A stretch of 64,000 nt of DNA, taken from contig OZ024752.1 in the NCBI GenBank assembly GCA_964016885.1, forward strand, positions 23,188,001-23,252,000, read 5' to 3'. Within the stretch, counting starts at the first letter, position 1. Each line of letters opens with the position of its first letter. Source of the DNA: Eledone cirrhosa. Lineage: Eukaryota. A model generated the notes under the pieces. It ran no database searches, was not told the DNA's origin, and was given only the letters and a program-made list of their open reading frames with translations. Shown one piece after another: positions 27,401 through 42,900 of the stretch. Made by a program: the position numbers and the translations under genes.

Positions 27401-28900
27401 GTCATTCTATCTGACGTTCTAACGATTGTCATTCTATCTGACGTTCTAACCACTGTCATTCTATCTGACGTTCTAGCGACTATCATTCCATCTGACGTTC
27501 TAACGACTCTCATTCTATCTGACATCCTAGCGACTGTCATTCTATCTGACGTTCTAACGACTGTCATTTTATCTGACGTTCTAACGACTGTCATTCTATC
27601 TGACGTTCTAACAACTGTCATTCTATCTGACGTTCTAACGACTGTCATTCTATCTGACGTTCAAGCGACTGTCATTCTATTTCACTTTATAAAGACTGTC
27701 ATTCTATCTGACATTCTAGCGATTGTCATTCTATCTGACGTTCTAACAATTGTCATTCTATCTGACGTTCTAATGACTGTAATTCTATCTGACGTTCTAG
27801 CGACTGTCATTCTATCTGACGTTCTAACGACTGTCATTCTATCTGACGTTCTAACAACTGTCATTCTATCTAACGTTCTAACGACTGTCATTATATCTGA
27901 CGTTCTAGCGACTGTCATTCTATCTGACATTCTAACCACTGTCATTCTATCTGACGTTCTAGCAACTGTCATCCTACGTGACCCTCTAGCGACTGTCATT
28001 CTATCTGACGTTCTAACCACTGTCATTCTATCTGACGTTCTAGCGACAGTCATTCTATCTGAAGTTCTAACGACTGTCATTTTATCTGATGTGCTAACGA
28101 TGACATTCTATCTGACGTTCTAGCGACTGTAACTTTATCTGACGTGCTAACGACTGCCATTCTACCTGACGTTCTAGCGACTTTCATTCTATGTGACGTT
28201 CTAACAACTGTCATTCTATCTGACGTTCTAACGATTGTCATTCTATCTGACGTTATAACCACCGTCATTCTATCTGAGTTCTAACGACTGTCATTCTATC
28301 TGACGTCCTAGCGACTGTCATTCTATCTGACGTTCTAACCAATGTCATTCTATCTGACGTTCTAGGGATTGTCATTTTCTCTGACGTTCTAGTGACTGTC
28401 ATTCTATCTGACGTTCTAACGACTGTTATTCTATCTGACGTTCAAGCGACTGTCATTCTATTTCACGTTCTAAAGACTGTCATTCTATCTGAAATTCTAG
28501 CGACTGTCATTCTATCTGACGTTCTAACAACCGTCATTCTATCTGACGTTCTAATGACTGTCATTCTATATGACATTCTAGCAACTGTCATTCTATCTAA
28601 CGTTCTAACCACTGTCATTCTATCTGATGTTCTAGCGACTGTCATTCTATCTGCCGTTCTAACGACTGTCATTCTATCTGATGTTCTAACGACTGTCATT
28701 CTATCTGACGTTCTAACAACTGTCATTCTATCTGACGTTCTAACCACTGTCATTCTATCTGATGTTCAAACGACTGTCATTCTATCTTACGTTCTAACAA
28801 CTGTCATTCTATCTGACGTTCTAACGACTGTCATTCTATCTGATTTTCTAACGACTGTCATTCTATCTGACGTTCTAGCGACTGTCATTCTATCTGAGTT
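20560..28900. repeat. ~4.1-4.2-kb tandem segmental duplication (about 20.56-24.80 kb and 24.80-28.90 kb)
   Basis: Offsets of 4236, 4155, 4182 and 4101 differ by whole monomers. Shared rare marks are CTCATGACT, GACGATCTAG, GTCTTTCTA, an 11-bp deletion (~22945/~27127) and TAGGGATTG. Confidence 0.88.
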
Positions 28901-30999
28901 CTAATGACTGTCATTCTATCTGACGTTCTAACCACTGTCATTCTATCTGACGTCCTAGCGACTGTCATTCTATCTGACGTTCTAACGACTGTCATTCTAT
29001 CTGACGTTCTAGCGATTGTCATCCTATCTGACGTTCTAACGACTGTCATTCTATCTGACGTTCTAACGACTGTCATTCTATCTGACGTCCTAGCGACTGT
29101 CATTCTATCTGACGTTCTAATGACTGTCATTCTATCTGACATTCTAGCATCTGTCATTCTATCTAACGTTCTAACAACTGTCATTCTATCTGACGTTCTA
29201 GCGACTGTCATTCTATCTGACGTTCTAACGACTGTCATTCTACCTGACATTCTAGCAACTGTCATTCTATCTAACGTTCTAACAACTGTCATTGTATCTG
29301 ACGTTCTAGCGACTGTCATTCTGTCAGACATTCTAACGACTGTCATTCTATCTGACGTTCTAGCGACTGTCATTATACCTGACGTTCTAGTGACTGTAAC
29401 TTTATCTGACGTGCTAACGACTGCCATTCTACCTGACGTTCTAACAACTGTCATTCTATCTGACGTTCTAACGATTGTCATTCTATCTGAAATTCTAGCG
29501 ACTGTCATTCTATCTGACGTTCTAACAACCGTCATTCTATCTAACGTTCTAATGACTGTCATTCTATGTGACATTCTAGCAACTGTCATTCTATCTAACG
29601 TTCTAACAACTGTCATTCTATCTGATGTTCTTGCGACTGTCATTCCATCTGACGTTCTACAGACTGTCATTCTATCTGCCGTTCTAACGACTGTCATTTT
29701 ATCTGATGTTCTAACGACTGTCATTCTATCTGACGTTCTAACAACTGTCATTCTATCTGACGTTCTAACCACTGTCATTCTATCTGATGTTCTAACGACT
29801 GTCATTCTATCTTACGTTCTAACAACTGTCATTCTATCTGACGTTCTAACGACTGTCATTCTATCTGATTTTCTAACGACTGTCATTCTATCTGACGTTC
29901 TAGCGACTGTCATTCTATCTGAGTTCTAATGACTGTTATTCTATCTGACGTTCTAACCACTGTCATTCTATCTGACGTCCTAGCGACTGTCATTCTATCT
30001 GACGTTCTAACCTCTGTCATTCTATCTGACGTTCTAGCGATTGTCATCCTATCTGACTTTCTAACGACGGTCATTCTATCTGACGTTCTAACGACTGTCA
30101 TTCTATCTGACGTCTAGCGATTGTCATCCTATATGACGTTCTAACGACTGTCATTCTATCTGACGTTCTAACGACTGTCATTCTATCTGACGTCCTAGCG
30201 ACTGTCATTCTATCTAACCTTCTAGCGACTGTCATTCTATCTGACGTTCTAACGACTGTTATTCTATCTGACGTTCTAACAACTGTCATTCTATCTGACG
30301 TTCTAATGACTGTCATTCTATCTGACATTCTAGCAACTGTCATTCTATCTAACGTTCTAACAACTGTCATTCTATCTGACGTTCTAGCGACTGTCATTCT
30401 ATCTGACGTTCTAACGACTGTCATTCTACCTGACATTCTAGCAACTGTCATTCTATCTAACGTTCTAACAACTGTCATTCTATCTGACGTTGTAACGACT
30501 GTCATTCTATCTGACATTCTAACGACTGTCATTCTATCAGACGTTCTAGCGACTGTCATTCTACCTGACGTTCTAGCGACTGTAACTTTATCTGACGTGC
30601 TAACGACTGCCATTCTACCTGACGTTCTAACAACTGTCATTCTATCTGACGTTCTAACGATTGTCATTCTATCTGACGTTCTAACCACTGTCATTCTATC
30701 TGACGTTCTAGCGACTATCATTCCATCTGACGTTCTAACGACTCTCATTCTATCTGACATCCTAGCGACTGTCATTCTATCTGACGTTCTAACGACTGTC
30801 ATTTTATCTGACGTTCTAACGACTGTCATTCTATCTGACGTTCTAACAACTGTCATTCTATCTGACGTTCTAACGACTGTCATTCTATCTGACGTTCAAG
30901 CGACTGTCATTCTATTTCACGTTATAAAGACTGTCATTCTATCTGACATTCTAGCGATTGTCATTCTATCTGACGTTCTAGCGACTGTCATTCTATCTG

Positions 31000-33900
31000 A
31001 CGTTCTAACGACTGTCATTATATCTGACGTTCTAGCGACTGTCATTCTATCTGACGTTCTAACGACTGTCATTCTATCTGACGTTCTATCTAATGTTCTA
31101 ACAACTCTCATTCTATCTGACGTTCTAGCGACTGTCATTCTATCTGACGTTCTAGCGACTGTCATTCTATCTGACGTTCTAACAACTGTCATTCTATCTA
31201 ACGTTCTAACGACTGTCATTATATCTGACGTTCTAGCGACTGTCATTCTATCTGACGTTCTAACGACTGTCATTCTATCTGACGTTCTAACAACTGTCAT
31301 TCTATCTAACGTTCTAACGACTGTCATTATATCTGACGTTCTAGCGACTGTCATTCTATCTGACGTTCTAACCACTGTCATTCTATCTGACGTTCTAGCA
31401 ACTGTCATCCTACGTGACCCTCTAGCGACTGTCATTCTATCTGACGTTCTAACCACTGTCATTCTATCTGACGTTCTAGCGACAGTCATTCTATCTGAAG
31501 TTCTAACGACTGTCATTTTATCTGATGTGCTAACGATGACATTCTATCTGACGTTCTAGCGACTGTAAGTTTATCTGACGTGCTAACGACTGCCATTCTA
31601 CCTGACGTTCTAGCGACTTTCATTCTATGTGACGTTCTAACAACTGTCATTCTATCTGACGTTCTAACGATTGTCATTCTATCTGACGTTCTAACCACCG
31701 TCATTCTATCTGAGTTCTAACGACTGTCATTCTATCTGACGTCCTAGCGACTGTCATTCTATCTGACGTTATAACCAATGTCATTCTATCTGACGTTCTA
31801 GCGATTGTCATTTTCTCTGACGTTCTAGTGACTGTCATTCTATCTGACGTTCTAACGACTGTCATTCTATCTGACGTTCAAGCGACTGTCATTCTATTTC
31901 ACGTTCTAAAGACTGTCATTCTATCTGAAATTCTAGCGACTGTCATTCTATCTGACGTTCTAACAACCGTCATTCTATCTGACGTTCTAATGACTGTCAT
32001 TCTATATGACATTCTAGCAACTGTCATTCTATCTAACGTTCTAACCACTGTCATTCTATCTGATGTTCTAGCGACTGTCATTCCATCTGACGTTCTAACG
32101 ACTGTCATTCTATCTGCCGTTCTAACGACTGTCATTCTATCTGATGTTCTAACGACTGTCATTCTATCTGACGTTCTAACAACTGTCATTCTATCTGACG
32201 TTCTAACCACTGTCATTCTATCTGATTTTCTAACGACTGTCATTCTATCTGACGTTCTAGCGACTGTTATTCTATCTGAGTTCTAATGACTGTCATTCTA
32301 TCTGACGTTCTAACCACTGTCATTCTATCTGACGTCCTAGCGACTGTCATTCTATCTGACGTTCTAACCACTGTCATTCTATCTGACGTTCTAGCGATTG
32401 TCATCCTATCTGACTTTCTAACGACTGTCATTCTATCTGACGTTCTAACGACTGTCATTCTATCTGACGTTCTAGCGATTGTCATCCTATCTGACGCTCT
32501 AACGACTGTCATTCTATCTGACGTTCTAACGACTCTCATTCTATCTGACGTCCTAGCGACTGTCATTCTATCTAATATTCTAGCGACTGTCATTCTATCT
32601 GACGTTCTAACGTCTGTCATTCTATCTGACGTTCTAACAACTGTCATTCTATCTGACGTTCTAATGACTGTCATTCTATCTGACATACTAGCAACTGTCA
32701 TTCTATCTAACGTTCTAACAACTGTCATTCTATCTGACGTTCTAGCGACTGTCATTCTATCTGACGTTCTAACGACTGTCATTCTACCTGACATTCTAGC
32801 AACTGTCATTCTATCTAACGTTCTAACAACTGTCATTCTATCTGACGTTCTAATGACTGTCATTCTATCTGACATACTAGCAACTGTCATTCTATCTAAC
32901 GTTCTAACAACTGTCATTCTATCTGACGTTCTAGCGACTGTCATTCTATCTGACGTTCTAGCGACTGTCATTCTACCTGACGTTCTAGTGACTGTAACTT
33001 TATCTGACGTGCTAACGACTGCCATTCTACCTGACGTTCTAACAACTGTCATTCTACCTGACGTTCTAACGATTGTCATTCTATCTGAAATTCTAGCGAC
33101 TGTCATTCTAACTGACGTTCTAACAACCGTCATTCTATCTGACGTTCTAATGACTGTCATTCTATATGACATTCTAGCAACTGTCATTCTATCTAACGTT
33201 CTAACCACTGTCATTCTATCTGATGTTCTAGCGACTGTCATTCCATCTGACGTTCTAACGACTGTCATTCTATCTGCCGTTCTAACGACTGTCATTTTAT
33301 CTGATGTTCTAACGACTGTCATTCTATCTGACGTTCTAACAACTGTCATTCTATCTGACGTTCTAACCACTGTCATTCTATCTGACGTTCTAATGACTGT
33401 CATTCTATCTGACATACTAGCAACTGTCATTCTATCTAACGTTCTAATGACTGTCATTCTATCTGACATTCTAGCAACTGTCATTCTATCTAACGTTCTA
33501 ACAACTGTCATTCTATCTGACGTTCTAGCGACTGTCATTCTATCTGACGTTCTAACGACTGTCATTCTACCTGACATTCTAGCAACTGTCATTCTACCTG
33601 ACATTCTAACGACTGTCATTCTATCTAACGTTCTAACAACTGTCATTCTATCTGACGTTGTAGCGACTGTCATTCTATCTGACATTCTAACGACTGTCAT
33701 TCTATCAGACGTTCTAGCGACTGTCATTCTACCTGACGTTCTAGCGACAGTCATTCTATCTGAAGTTCTAACAACTGTCATTTTATCTGATGTGCTAACG
33801 ATGACATTCTATCTGACGTTTTAGCGACTGTAACTTTATCTGACGTGCTAACGACTGCCATTCTACCTGACGTTCTAGCGACTTTCATTCTATGTGACGT

Positions 33901-36900
33901 TCTAACAACTGTCATTCTATCTGACGTTCTAACGATTGTCATTCTATCTGACGTTCTAACCACCGTCATTCTATCTGACGTTCTAATCACTGTCATTCTA
34001 TATGACATTCTAGCAACTGTCATTCTATCTAACGTTCTAACCACTGTTATTCTATCTGATGTTCTAGCGACTGTCATTCCATCTGACGTTCTAACGACTG
34101 TCATTCTATCTGCCGTTCTAACGACTGTCATTCTATCTGCTGTTCTAACGACTGTCATTCTATCTGACGTTCTAACAACTGTCATTCTATCTGACGTTCT
34201 AACCACTGTCATTCTATCTGATGTTCTAACGACTGTCATTCTATCTTACGTTCTAACAACTGTCATTCTATCTGACGTTCTAACCACTGTCATTCTATCT
34301 GACGTTCTAGCGACTGTCATTCTATCTGACGTCCTAGCGACTGTCATTCTATCTAACCTTCTAGCGACTGTCATTCTATCTGACGTTCTAACGACTGTCA
34401 TTCTATCTGACGTTCTAACAACTGTCATTCTATCTGACGTTCTAATGACTGTCATTCTATCTGACATTCTAGCAACTGTCATTCTATCTAACGTTCTAAC
34501 AACTGTCATTCTATCTGACGTTCTAGCGACTGTCATTCTATCTGACGTTCTAACGACTGTCATTCTACCTGACATTCTAGCAACTGTCATTCTATCTAAC
34601 GTTCTAACAACTGTCATTCTATCTGACGTTCTAGCGACTGTCATTCTATCTGACATTCTAACGACTGTCATTCTACCTGACGTTCTAGCGACTGTAACTT
34701 TATCTGACGTGCTAACGACTGCCATTCTACCTGACGTTCTAACAACTGTCATTCTATCTGACGTTCTAACGATTGTCATTCTATCTGACGTTCTAACCAC
34801 TGTCATTCTATCTGACGTTCTAGCGACTATCATTCCATCTGACGTTCTAACGACTGTCATTTTATCTGACGTTCTAACGACTGTCATTCTATCTGACGTT
34901 CTAACAACTGGCATTCTATCTGACGTTCTAACGACTGTCATTCTATCTGACGTTCAAGCGACTGTCATTCTATTTCACGTTATAAAGACTGTCATTCTAT
35001 CTGACATTCTAGCGATTGTCATTCTATCTGATGTTCTAACAATTGTCATTCTATCTGACGTTCTAATGACTGTAATTCTATCTGACATTCTATCTAATGT
35101 TCTAACAACTGTCATTCTATCTGACGTTCTAGCGACTGTCATTCTATCTGACGTTCTAGCGACTGTCATTCTATCTGACGTTCTAACAACTGTCATTCTA
35201 TCTAACGTTCTAACGACTGTCATTATATCTGACGTTCTAGCGACTGTCATTCTATCTGACGTTCTAACGACTGTCATTCTATCTGACGTTCTAACAACTG
35301 TCATTCTATCTAACGTTCTAACGACTGTCATTATATCTGACGTTCTAGCGACTGTCATTCTATCTGACATTCTAACCACTGTCATTCTATCTGACGTTCT
35401 AGCAACTGTCATCCTACGTGACCCTCTAGCGACTGTCATTCTATCTGACGTTCTAACCACTGTCATTCTATCTGACGTTCTAGCGACAGTCATTCTATCT
35501 GAAGTTCTAACGACTGTCATTTTATCTGATGTGCTAACGATGACATTCTATCTGACGTACTAGCGACTGTAACTTTATCTGACGTGCTAACGACTGCCAT
35601 TCTACCTGACGTTCTAGCGACTATCATTCTATGTGACGTTCTAACAACTGTCATTCTATCTGACGTTCTAACGATTGTCATTCTATCTGACGTTCTAACC
35701 ACCGTCATTCTATTTGAGTTCTAACGACTGTCATTCTATCTGACGTTCTAGCGATTGTCATTTTCTCTGACGTTCTAGTGACTGTCATTCTATCTGACGT
35801 TCTAACGACTGTCATTCTATCTGACGTTCAAGCGACTGTCATTCTATTTCACGTTCTAAAGACTGTCATTCTATCTGAAATTCTAGCGACTGTCATTCTA
35901 TCTGACGTTCTAACAACCGTCATTCTATCTGACGTTCTAATGACTGTCATTCTATATGACATTCTAGCAACTGTCATTCTATCTAACGTTCTAACCACTG
36001 TCATTCTATCTGATGTTCTAGCGACTGTCATTCCATCTGACGTTCTAACGACTGTCATTCTATATGCCGTTCTAACGACTGTCATTCTATCTGATGTTCT
36101 AACGACTGTGATTCTATCTGACGTTCTAACAACTGTCATTCTATCTGACGTTCTAACCACTGTCATTCTATCTGATGTTCTAACGACTGTCATTCTATCT
36201 CACGTTCTAACAACTGTCATTCTATCTGACGTTCTAACGACTGTCATTCTATCTGATTTTTCTAACGACTGTCATTCTATCTGACGTTCTAGCGACTGTC
36301 ATTCTATCTGAGTTCTAATGACTGTCATTCTATCTGACGTTCTAACCACTGTCATTCTATCTGACGTCCTAGCGACTGTCATTCTATCTGACGTTCTAAC
36401 CACTGTCATTCTATCTGACGTTCTAGCGATTGTCATCCTATCTGACTTTCTAACGACTGTCATTCTATCTGACGTTCTAACGACTGCCATTCTATCTGAC
36501 GTCCTAGCGACTGTCATTCTATCTAATATTCTAGCGACTGTCATTCTATCTGACGTTCTAACGTCTGTCATTCTATCTGACGCTCTAACAACTGTCATTC
36601 TATCTGACGTTCTAATGACTGTCATTCTATCTGACATTCTAGCAACTGTCATTCTATCTAACGTTCTAACAACTGTCATTCTATCTGACGTTCTAGCGAC
36701 TGTCATTCTATCTGACGTTCTAACGACTGTCATTCTACCTGACATTCTAGCAACTGTCATTCTATCTAACGTTCTAACAACTGTCATTCTATCTGACGTT
36801 CTAGCGACTGTCATTCTGTCAGACATTCTAACGACTGTCATTCTATCTGACGTTCTAGCGACTGTCATTCTACCTGACGTTCTAGTGACTGTAACTTTAT

Positions 36901-39900
36901 CTGACGTGCTAACGACTGCCATTCTACCTGACGTTCTAACAACTGTCATTCTATCTGACGTTCTAACGATTGTCATTCTATATGAAATTCTAGCGACTGT
37001 CATTCTATCTGACGTTCTAACAACCGTCATTCTATCTGACGTTCTAATGACTGTCATTCTATATGACATTCTAGCAACTGTCATTCTATATAACGTTCTA
37101 ACCACTGTCATTCTATCTGACGTTCTAGCGACTGTCATTCTATCTGACGTTCTAACGACTGTCATTCTATCTGACGTTCTAACAACTGTCATTCTATCTA
37201 ACGTTCTAACGACTGTCATTATATCTGACGTTCTAGCGACTGTCATTCTATCTGACATTCTAACCACTGTCATTCTATCTGACGTTCTAGCAACTGTCAT
37301 CCTACGTGACCCTCTAGCGACTGTCATTCTATCTGACGTTCTAACCACTGTCATTCTATCTGACGTTCTAGCGACAGTCATTCTATCTGAAGTTCTAACG
37401 ACTGTCATTTTATCTGATGTGCTAACGATGACATTCTATCTGACGTTCTAGCGACTGTAACTTTATCTGACGTGCTAACGACTGCCATTCTACCTGACGT
37501 TCTAGCGACTATCATTCTATGTGACGTTCTAACAACTGTCATTCTATCTGACGTTCTAACGATTGTCATTCTATCTGACGTTCTAACCACCGTCATTCTA
37601 TTTGAGTTCTAACGACTGTCATTCTATCTGACGTTCTAGCGATTGTCATTTTCTCTGACGTTCTAGTGACTGTCATTCTATCTGACGTTCTAACGACTGT
37701 CATTCTATCTGACGTTCAAGCGACTGTCATTCTATTTCACGTTCTAAAGACTGTCATTCTATCTGAAATTCTAGCGACTGTCATTCTATCTGACGTTCTA
37801 ACAACCGTCATTCTATCTGACGTTCTAATGACTGTCATTCTATATGACATTCTAGCAACTGTCATTCTATCTAACGTTCTAACCACTGTCATTCTATCTG
37901 ATGTTCTAGCGACTGTCATTCCATCTGACGTTCTAACGACTGTCATTCTATATGCCGTTCTAACGACTGTCATTCTATCTGATGTTCTAACGACTGTGAT
38001 TCTATCTGACGTTCTAACAACTGTCATTCTATCTGACGTTCTAACCACTGTCATTCTATCTGATGTTCTAACGACTGTCATTCTATCTCACGTTCTAACA
38101 ACTGTCATTCTATCTGACGTTCTAACGACTGTCATTCTATCTGATTTTTCTAACGACTGTCATTCTATCTGACGTTCTAGCGACTGTCATTCTATCTGAG
38201 TTCTAATGACTGTCATTCTATCTGACGTTCTAACCACTGTCATTCTATCTGACGTCCTAGCGACTGTCATTCTATCTGACGTTCTAACCACTGTCATTCT
38301 ATCTGACGTTCTAGCGATTGTCATCCTATCTGACTTTCTAACGACTGTCATTCTATCTGACGTTCTAACGACTGCCATTCTATCTGACGTCCTAGCGACT
38401 GTCATTCTATCTAATATTCTAGCGACTGTCATTCTATCTGACGTTCTAACGTCTGTCATTCTATCTGACGTTCTAACAACTGTCATTCTATCTGACGTTC
38501 TAATGACTGTCATTCTATCTGACATTCTAGCAACTGTCATTCTATCTAACGTTCTAACAACTGTCATTCTATCTGACGTTCTAGCGACTGTCATTCTATC
38601 TGACGTTCTAACGACTGTCATTCTACCTGACATTCTAGCAACTGTCATTCTATCTAACGTTCTAACAACTGTCATTCTATCTGACGTTCTAGCGACTGTC
38701 ATTCTGTCAGACATTCTAACGACTGTCATTCTATCTGACGTTCTAGCGACTGTCATTCTACCTGACGTTCTAGTGACTGTAACTTTATCTGACGTGCTAA
38801 CGACTGCCATTCTACCTGACGTTCTAACAACTGTCATTCTATCTGACGTTCTAACGATTGTCATTCTATATGAAATTCTAGCGACTGTCATTCTATCTGA
38901 CGTTCTAACAACCGTCATTCTATCTGACGTTCTAATGACTGTCATTCTATATGACATTCTAGCAACTGTCATTCTATATAACGTTCTAACCACTGTCATT
39001 CTATCTGATGTTCTAGCGACTGTCATTCCATCTGACGTTCTAACGACTGTCATTCTATCTGCCGTTCTAACGACTGTCATTTTATCTGATGTTCTAACGA
39101 CTGTCATTCTATCTGACGTTCTAACAACTGTCATTCTATCTGACGTTCTAACCACTGTCATTCTATCTGATGTTCTAACGACTGTCATTCTATCTTACGT
39201 TCTAACAACTGTCATTCTATCTGACGTTCTAACGACTGTCATTCTATCTGATTTTCTAACGACTGTCATTCTATCTGACGTTCTAGCGACTGTCATTCTA
39301 TCTGAGTTCTAATGACTGTTATTCTATCTGACGTTCTAACCACTGTCATTCTATCTGACGTCCTAGCAACTGTCATTCTATCTGACGTTCTAACCTCTGT
39401 CATTCTATCTGACGTTCTAGCGATTGTCATCCTATCTGACATTCTAACGACTGTCATTCTATCTGACGTTCTAACGACTGTCATTCTATCTGACGTTCTA
39501 GCGATTGTCATCCTATATGACGTTCTAACGACTGTCATTCTATCTGACGTTCTAACGACTGTCATTCTATCTGACGTCCTAGCGACTGTCATTCTATCTA
39601 ACCTCCTAGCGACTGTCATTATATCTGACGTTCTAACGACTGTCATTCTATCTGACGTTCTAATGACTGTCATTCTATCTGACATTCTAGCAACTGTCAT
39701 TCTATCTAACGTTCAAACAACTGTCATTCTATCTGACGTTCTAGCGACTGTCATTCTATCTGACGTTCTAGCGACTGTCATTCTATCTGACGTTCTAACA
39801 ACTGTCATTCTATCCAACGTTCTAACGACTGTCATTATATCTGACGTTCTAGCGACTGTCATTCTATCTGACGTTCTAACGACTGTCATTCTATCTGACG

Positions 39901-42900
39901 TTCTAACAACTGTCATTCTATCTAACGTTCTAACGACTGACATTCTATCTAATGTTCTAACAACTGTCATTCTATCTGACGTTCTAGCGATTGTCATTTT
40001 CTCTGACGTTCTAGTGACTGTCATTCTATCTGACGTTCTAACGACTGTCATTCTATCTGACGTTCAAGCGACTGTCATTCTATTTCACGTTCTAAAGACT
40101 GTCATTCTATCTGAAATTCTAGCGACTGTCATTCTATCTGACGTTCTAACAACCGTCATTCTATCTGACGTTCTAATGACTGTCATTCTATATGACATTC
40201 TAGCAACTGTCATTCTATCTAACGTTCTAACCACTGTCATTCTATCTGATGTTCTAGCGACTGTCATTCCATCTGACGTTCTAACGACTGTCATTCTATA
40301 TGCCGTTCTAACGACTGTCATTCTATCTGATGTTCTAACGACTGTGATTCTATCTGACGTTCTAACAACTGTCATTCTATCTGACGTTCTAACCACTGTC
40401 ATTCTATCTGATGTTCTAACGACTGTCATTCTATCTCACGTTCTAACAACTGTCATTCTATCTGACGTTCTAACGACTGTCATTCTATCTGATTTTCTAA
40501 CGACTGTCATTCTATCTGACGTTCTAGCGACTGTCATTCTATCTGAGTTCTAATGACTGTCATTCTATCTGACGTTTTAACGACTGTCATTATATCTGAC
40601 GTTCTAGCGACTGTCATTCTATCTGACGTTCTAACGACTGTCATTCTATCTGACGTTCTATCTAATGTTCTAACAACTCTCATTCTATCTGACGTTCTAG
40701 CGACTGTCATTCTATCTGACGTTCTAGCGACTGTCATTCTATCTGACGTTCTAACAACTGTCATTCTATCTAACGTTCTAACGACTGTCATTATATCTGA
40801 CGTTCTAGCGACTGTCATTCTATCTGACGTTCTAACGACTGTCATTCTATCTGACGTTCTAACAACTGTCATTCTATCTAACGTTCTAACGACTGTCATT
40901 ATATCTGACGTTCTAGCGACTGTCATTCTATCTGACGTTCTAACCACTGTCATTCTATCTGACGTTCTAGCAACTGTCATCCTACGTGACCCTCTAGCGA
41001 CTGTCATTCTATCTGACGTTCTAACCACTGTCATTCTATCTGACGTTCTAGCGACAGTCATTCTATCTGAAGTTCTAACGACTGTCATTTTATCTGATGT
41101 GCTAACGATGACATTCTATCTGACGTTCTAGCGACTGTAAGTTTATCTGACGTGCTAACGACTGCCATTCTACCTGACGTTCTAGCGACTTTCATTCTAT
41201 GTGACGTTCTAACAACTGTCATTCTATCTGACGTTCTAACGATTGTCATTCTATCTGACGTTCTAACCACCGTCATTCTATCTGAGTTCTAACGACTGTC
41301 ATTCTATCTGACGTCCTAGCGACTGTCATTCTATCTGACGTTCTAACCAATGTCATTCTATCTGACGTTCTAGCGATTGTCATTTTCTCTGACGTTCTAG
41401 TGACTGTCATTCTATCTGACGTTCTAACGACTGTCATTCTATCTGACGTTCAAGCGACTGTCATTCTATTTCACGTTCTAAAGACTGTCATTCTATCTGA
41501 AATTCTAGCGACTGTCATTCTATCTGACGTTCTAACAACCGTCATTCTATCTGACGTTCTAATGACTGTCATTCTATATGACATTCTAGCAACTGTCATT
41601 CTATCTAACGTTCTAACCACTGTCATTCTATCTGATGTTCTAGCGACTGTCATTCCATCTGACGTTCTAACGACTGTCATTCTATCTGCCGTTCTAACGA
41701 CTGTCATTCTATCTGATGTTCTAACGACTGTCATTCTATCTGACGTTCTAACAACTGTCATTCTATCTGACGTTCTAACCACTGTCATTCTATCTGATGT
41801 TCAAACGACTGTCATTCTATCTTACGTTCTAACAACTGTCATTCTATCTGACGTTCTAACGACTGTCATTCTATCTGATTTTCTAACGACTGTCATTCTA
41901 TCTGACGTTCTAGCGACTGTTATTCTATCTGAGTTCTAATGACTGTCATTCTATCTGACGTTCTAACCACTGTCATTCTATCTGACGTCCTAGCGACTGT
42001 CATTCTATCTGACGTTCTAACCACTGTCATTCTATCTGACGTTCTAGCGATTGTCATCCTATCTGACTTTCTAACGACTGTCATTCTATCTGACGTTCTA
42101 ACGACTGTCATTCTATCTGACGTTCTAGCGATTGTCATCCTATCTGACGCTCTAACGACTGTCATTCTATCTGACGTTCTAACGACTGTCATTCTATCTG
42201 ACGTCCTAGCGACTGTCATTCTATCTAATATTCTAGCGACTGTCATTCTATCTGACGTTCTAACGTCTGTCATTCTATCTGACGTTCTAACAACTGTCAT
42301 TCTATCTGACGTTCTAATGACTGTCATTCTATCTGACATTCTAGCAACTGTCATTCTATCTAACGTTCTAACAACTGTCATTCTATCTGACGTTCTAGCG
42401 ACTGTCATTCTATCTGACGTTCTAACGACTGTCATTCTACCTGACATTCTAGCAACTGTCATTCTATCTAACGTTCTATCAACTGTCATTCTATCTGACG
42501 TTCTAGCGACTGTCATTCTACCTGACGTTCTAGTGACTGTAACTTTATCTGACGTGCTAACGACTGCCATTCTACCTGACGTTCTAACAACTGTCATTCT
42601 ACCTGACGTTCTAACGATTGTCATTCTATCTGAAATTCTAGCGACTGTCATTCTAACTGACGTTCTAACAACCGTCATTCTATCTGACGTTCTAATGACT
42701 GTCATTCTATATGACATTCTAGCAACTGTCATTCTATCTAACGTTCTAACCACTGTCATTCTATCTGATGTTCTAGCGACTGTCATTCCATCTGACGTTC
42801 TAACGACTGTCATTCTATCTGCCGTTCTAACGACTGTCATTTTATCTGATGTTCTAACGACTGTCATTCTATCTGACGTTCTAACCACTGTCATTCTATG

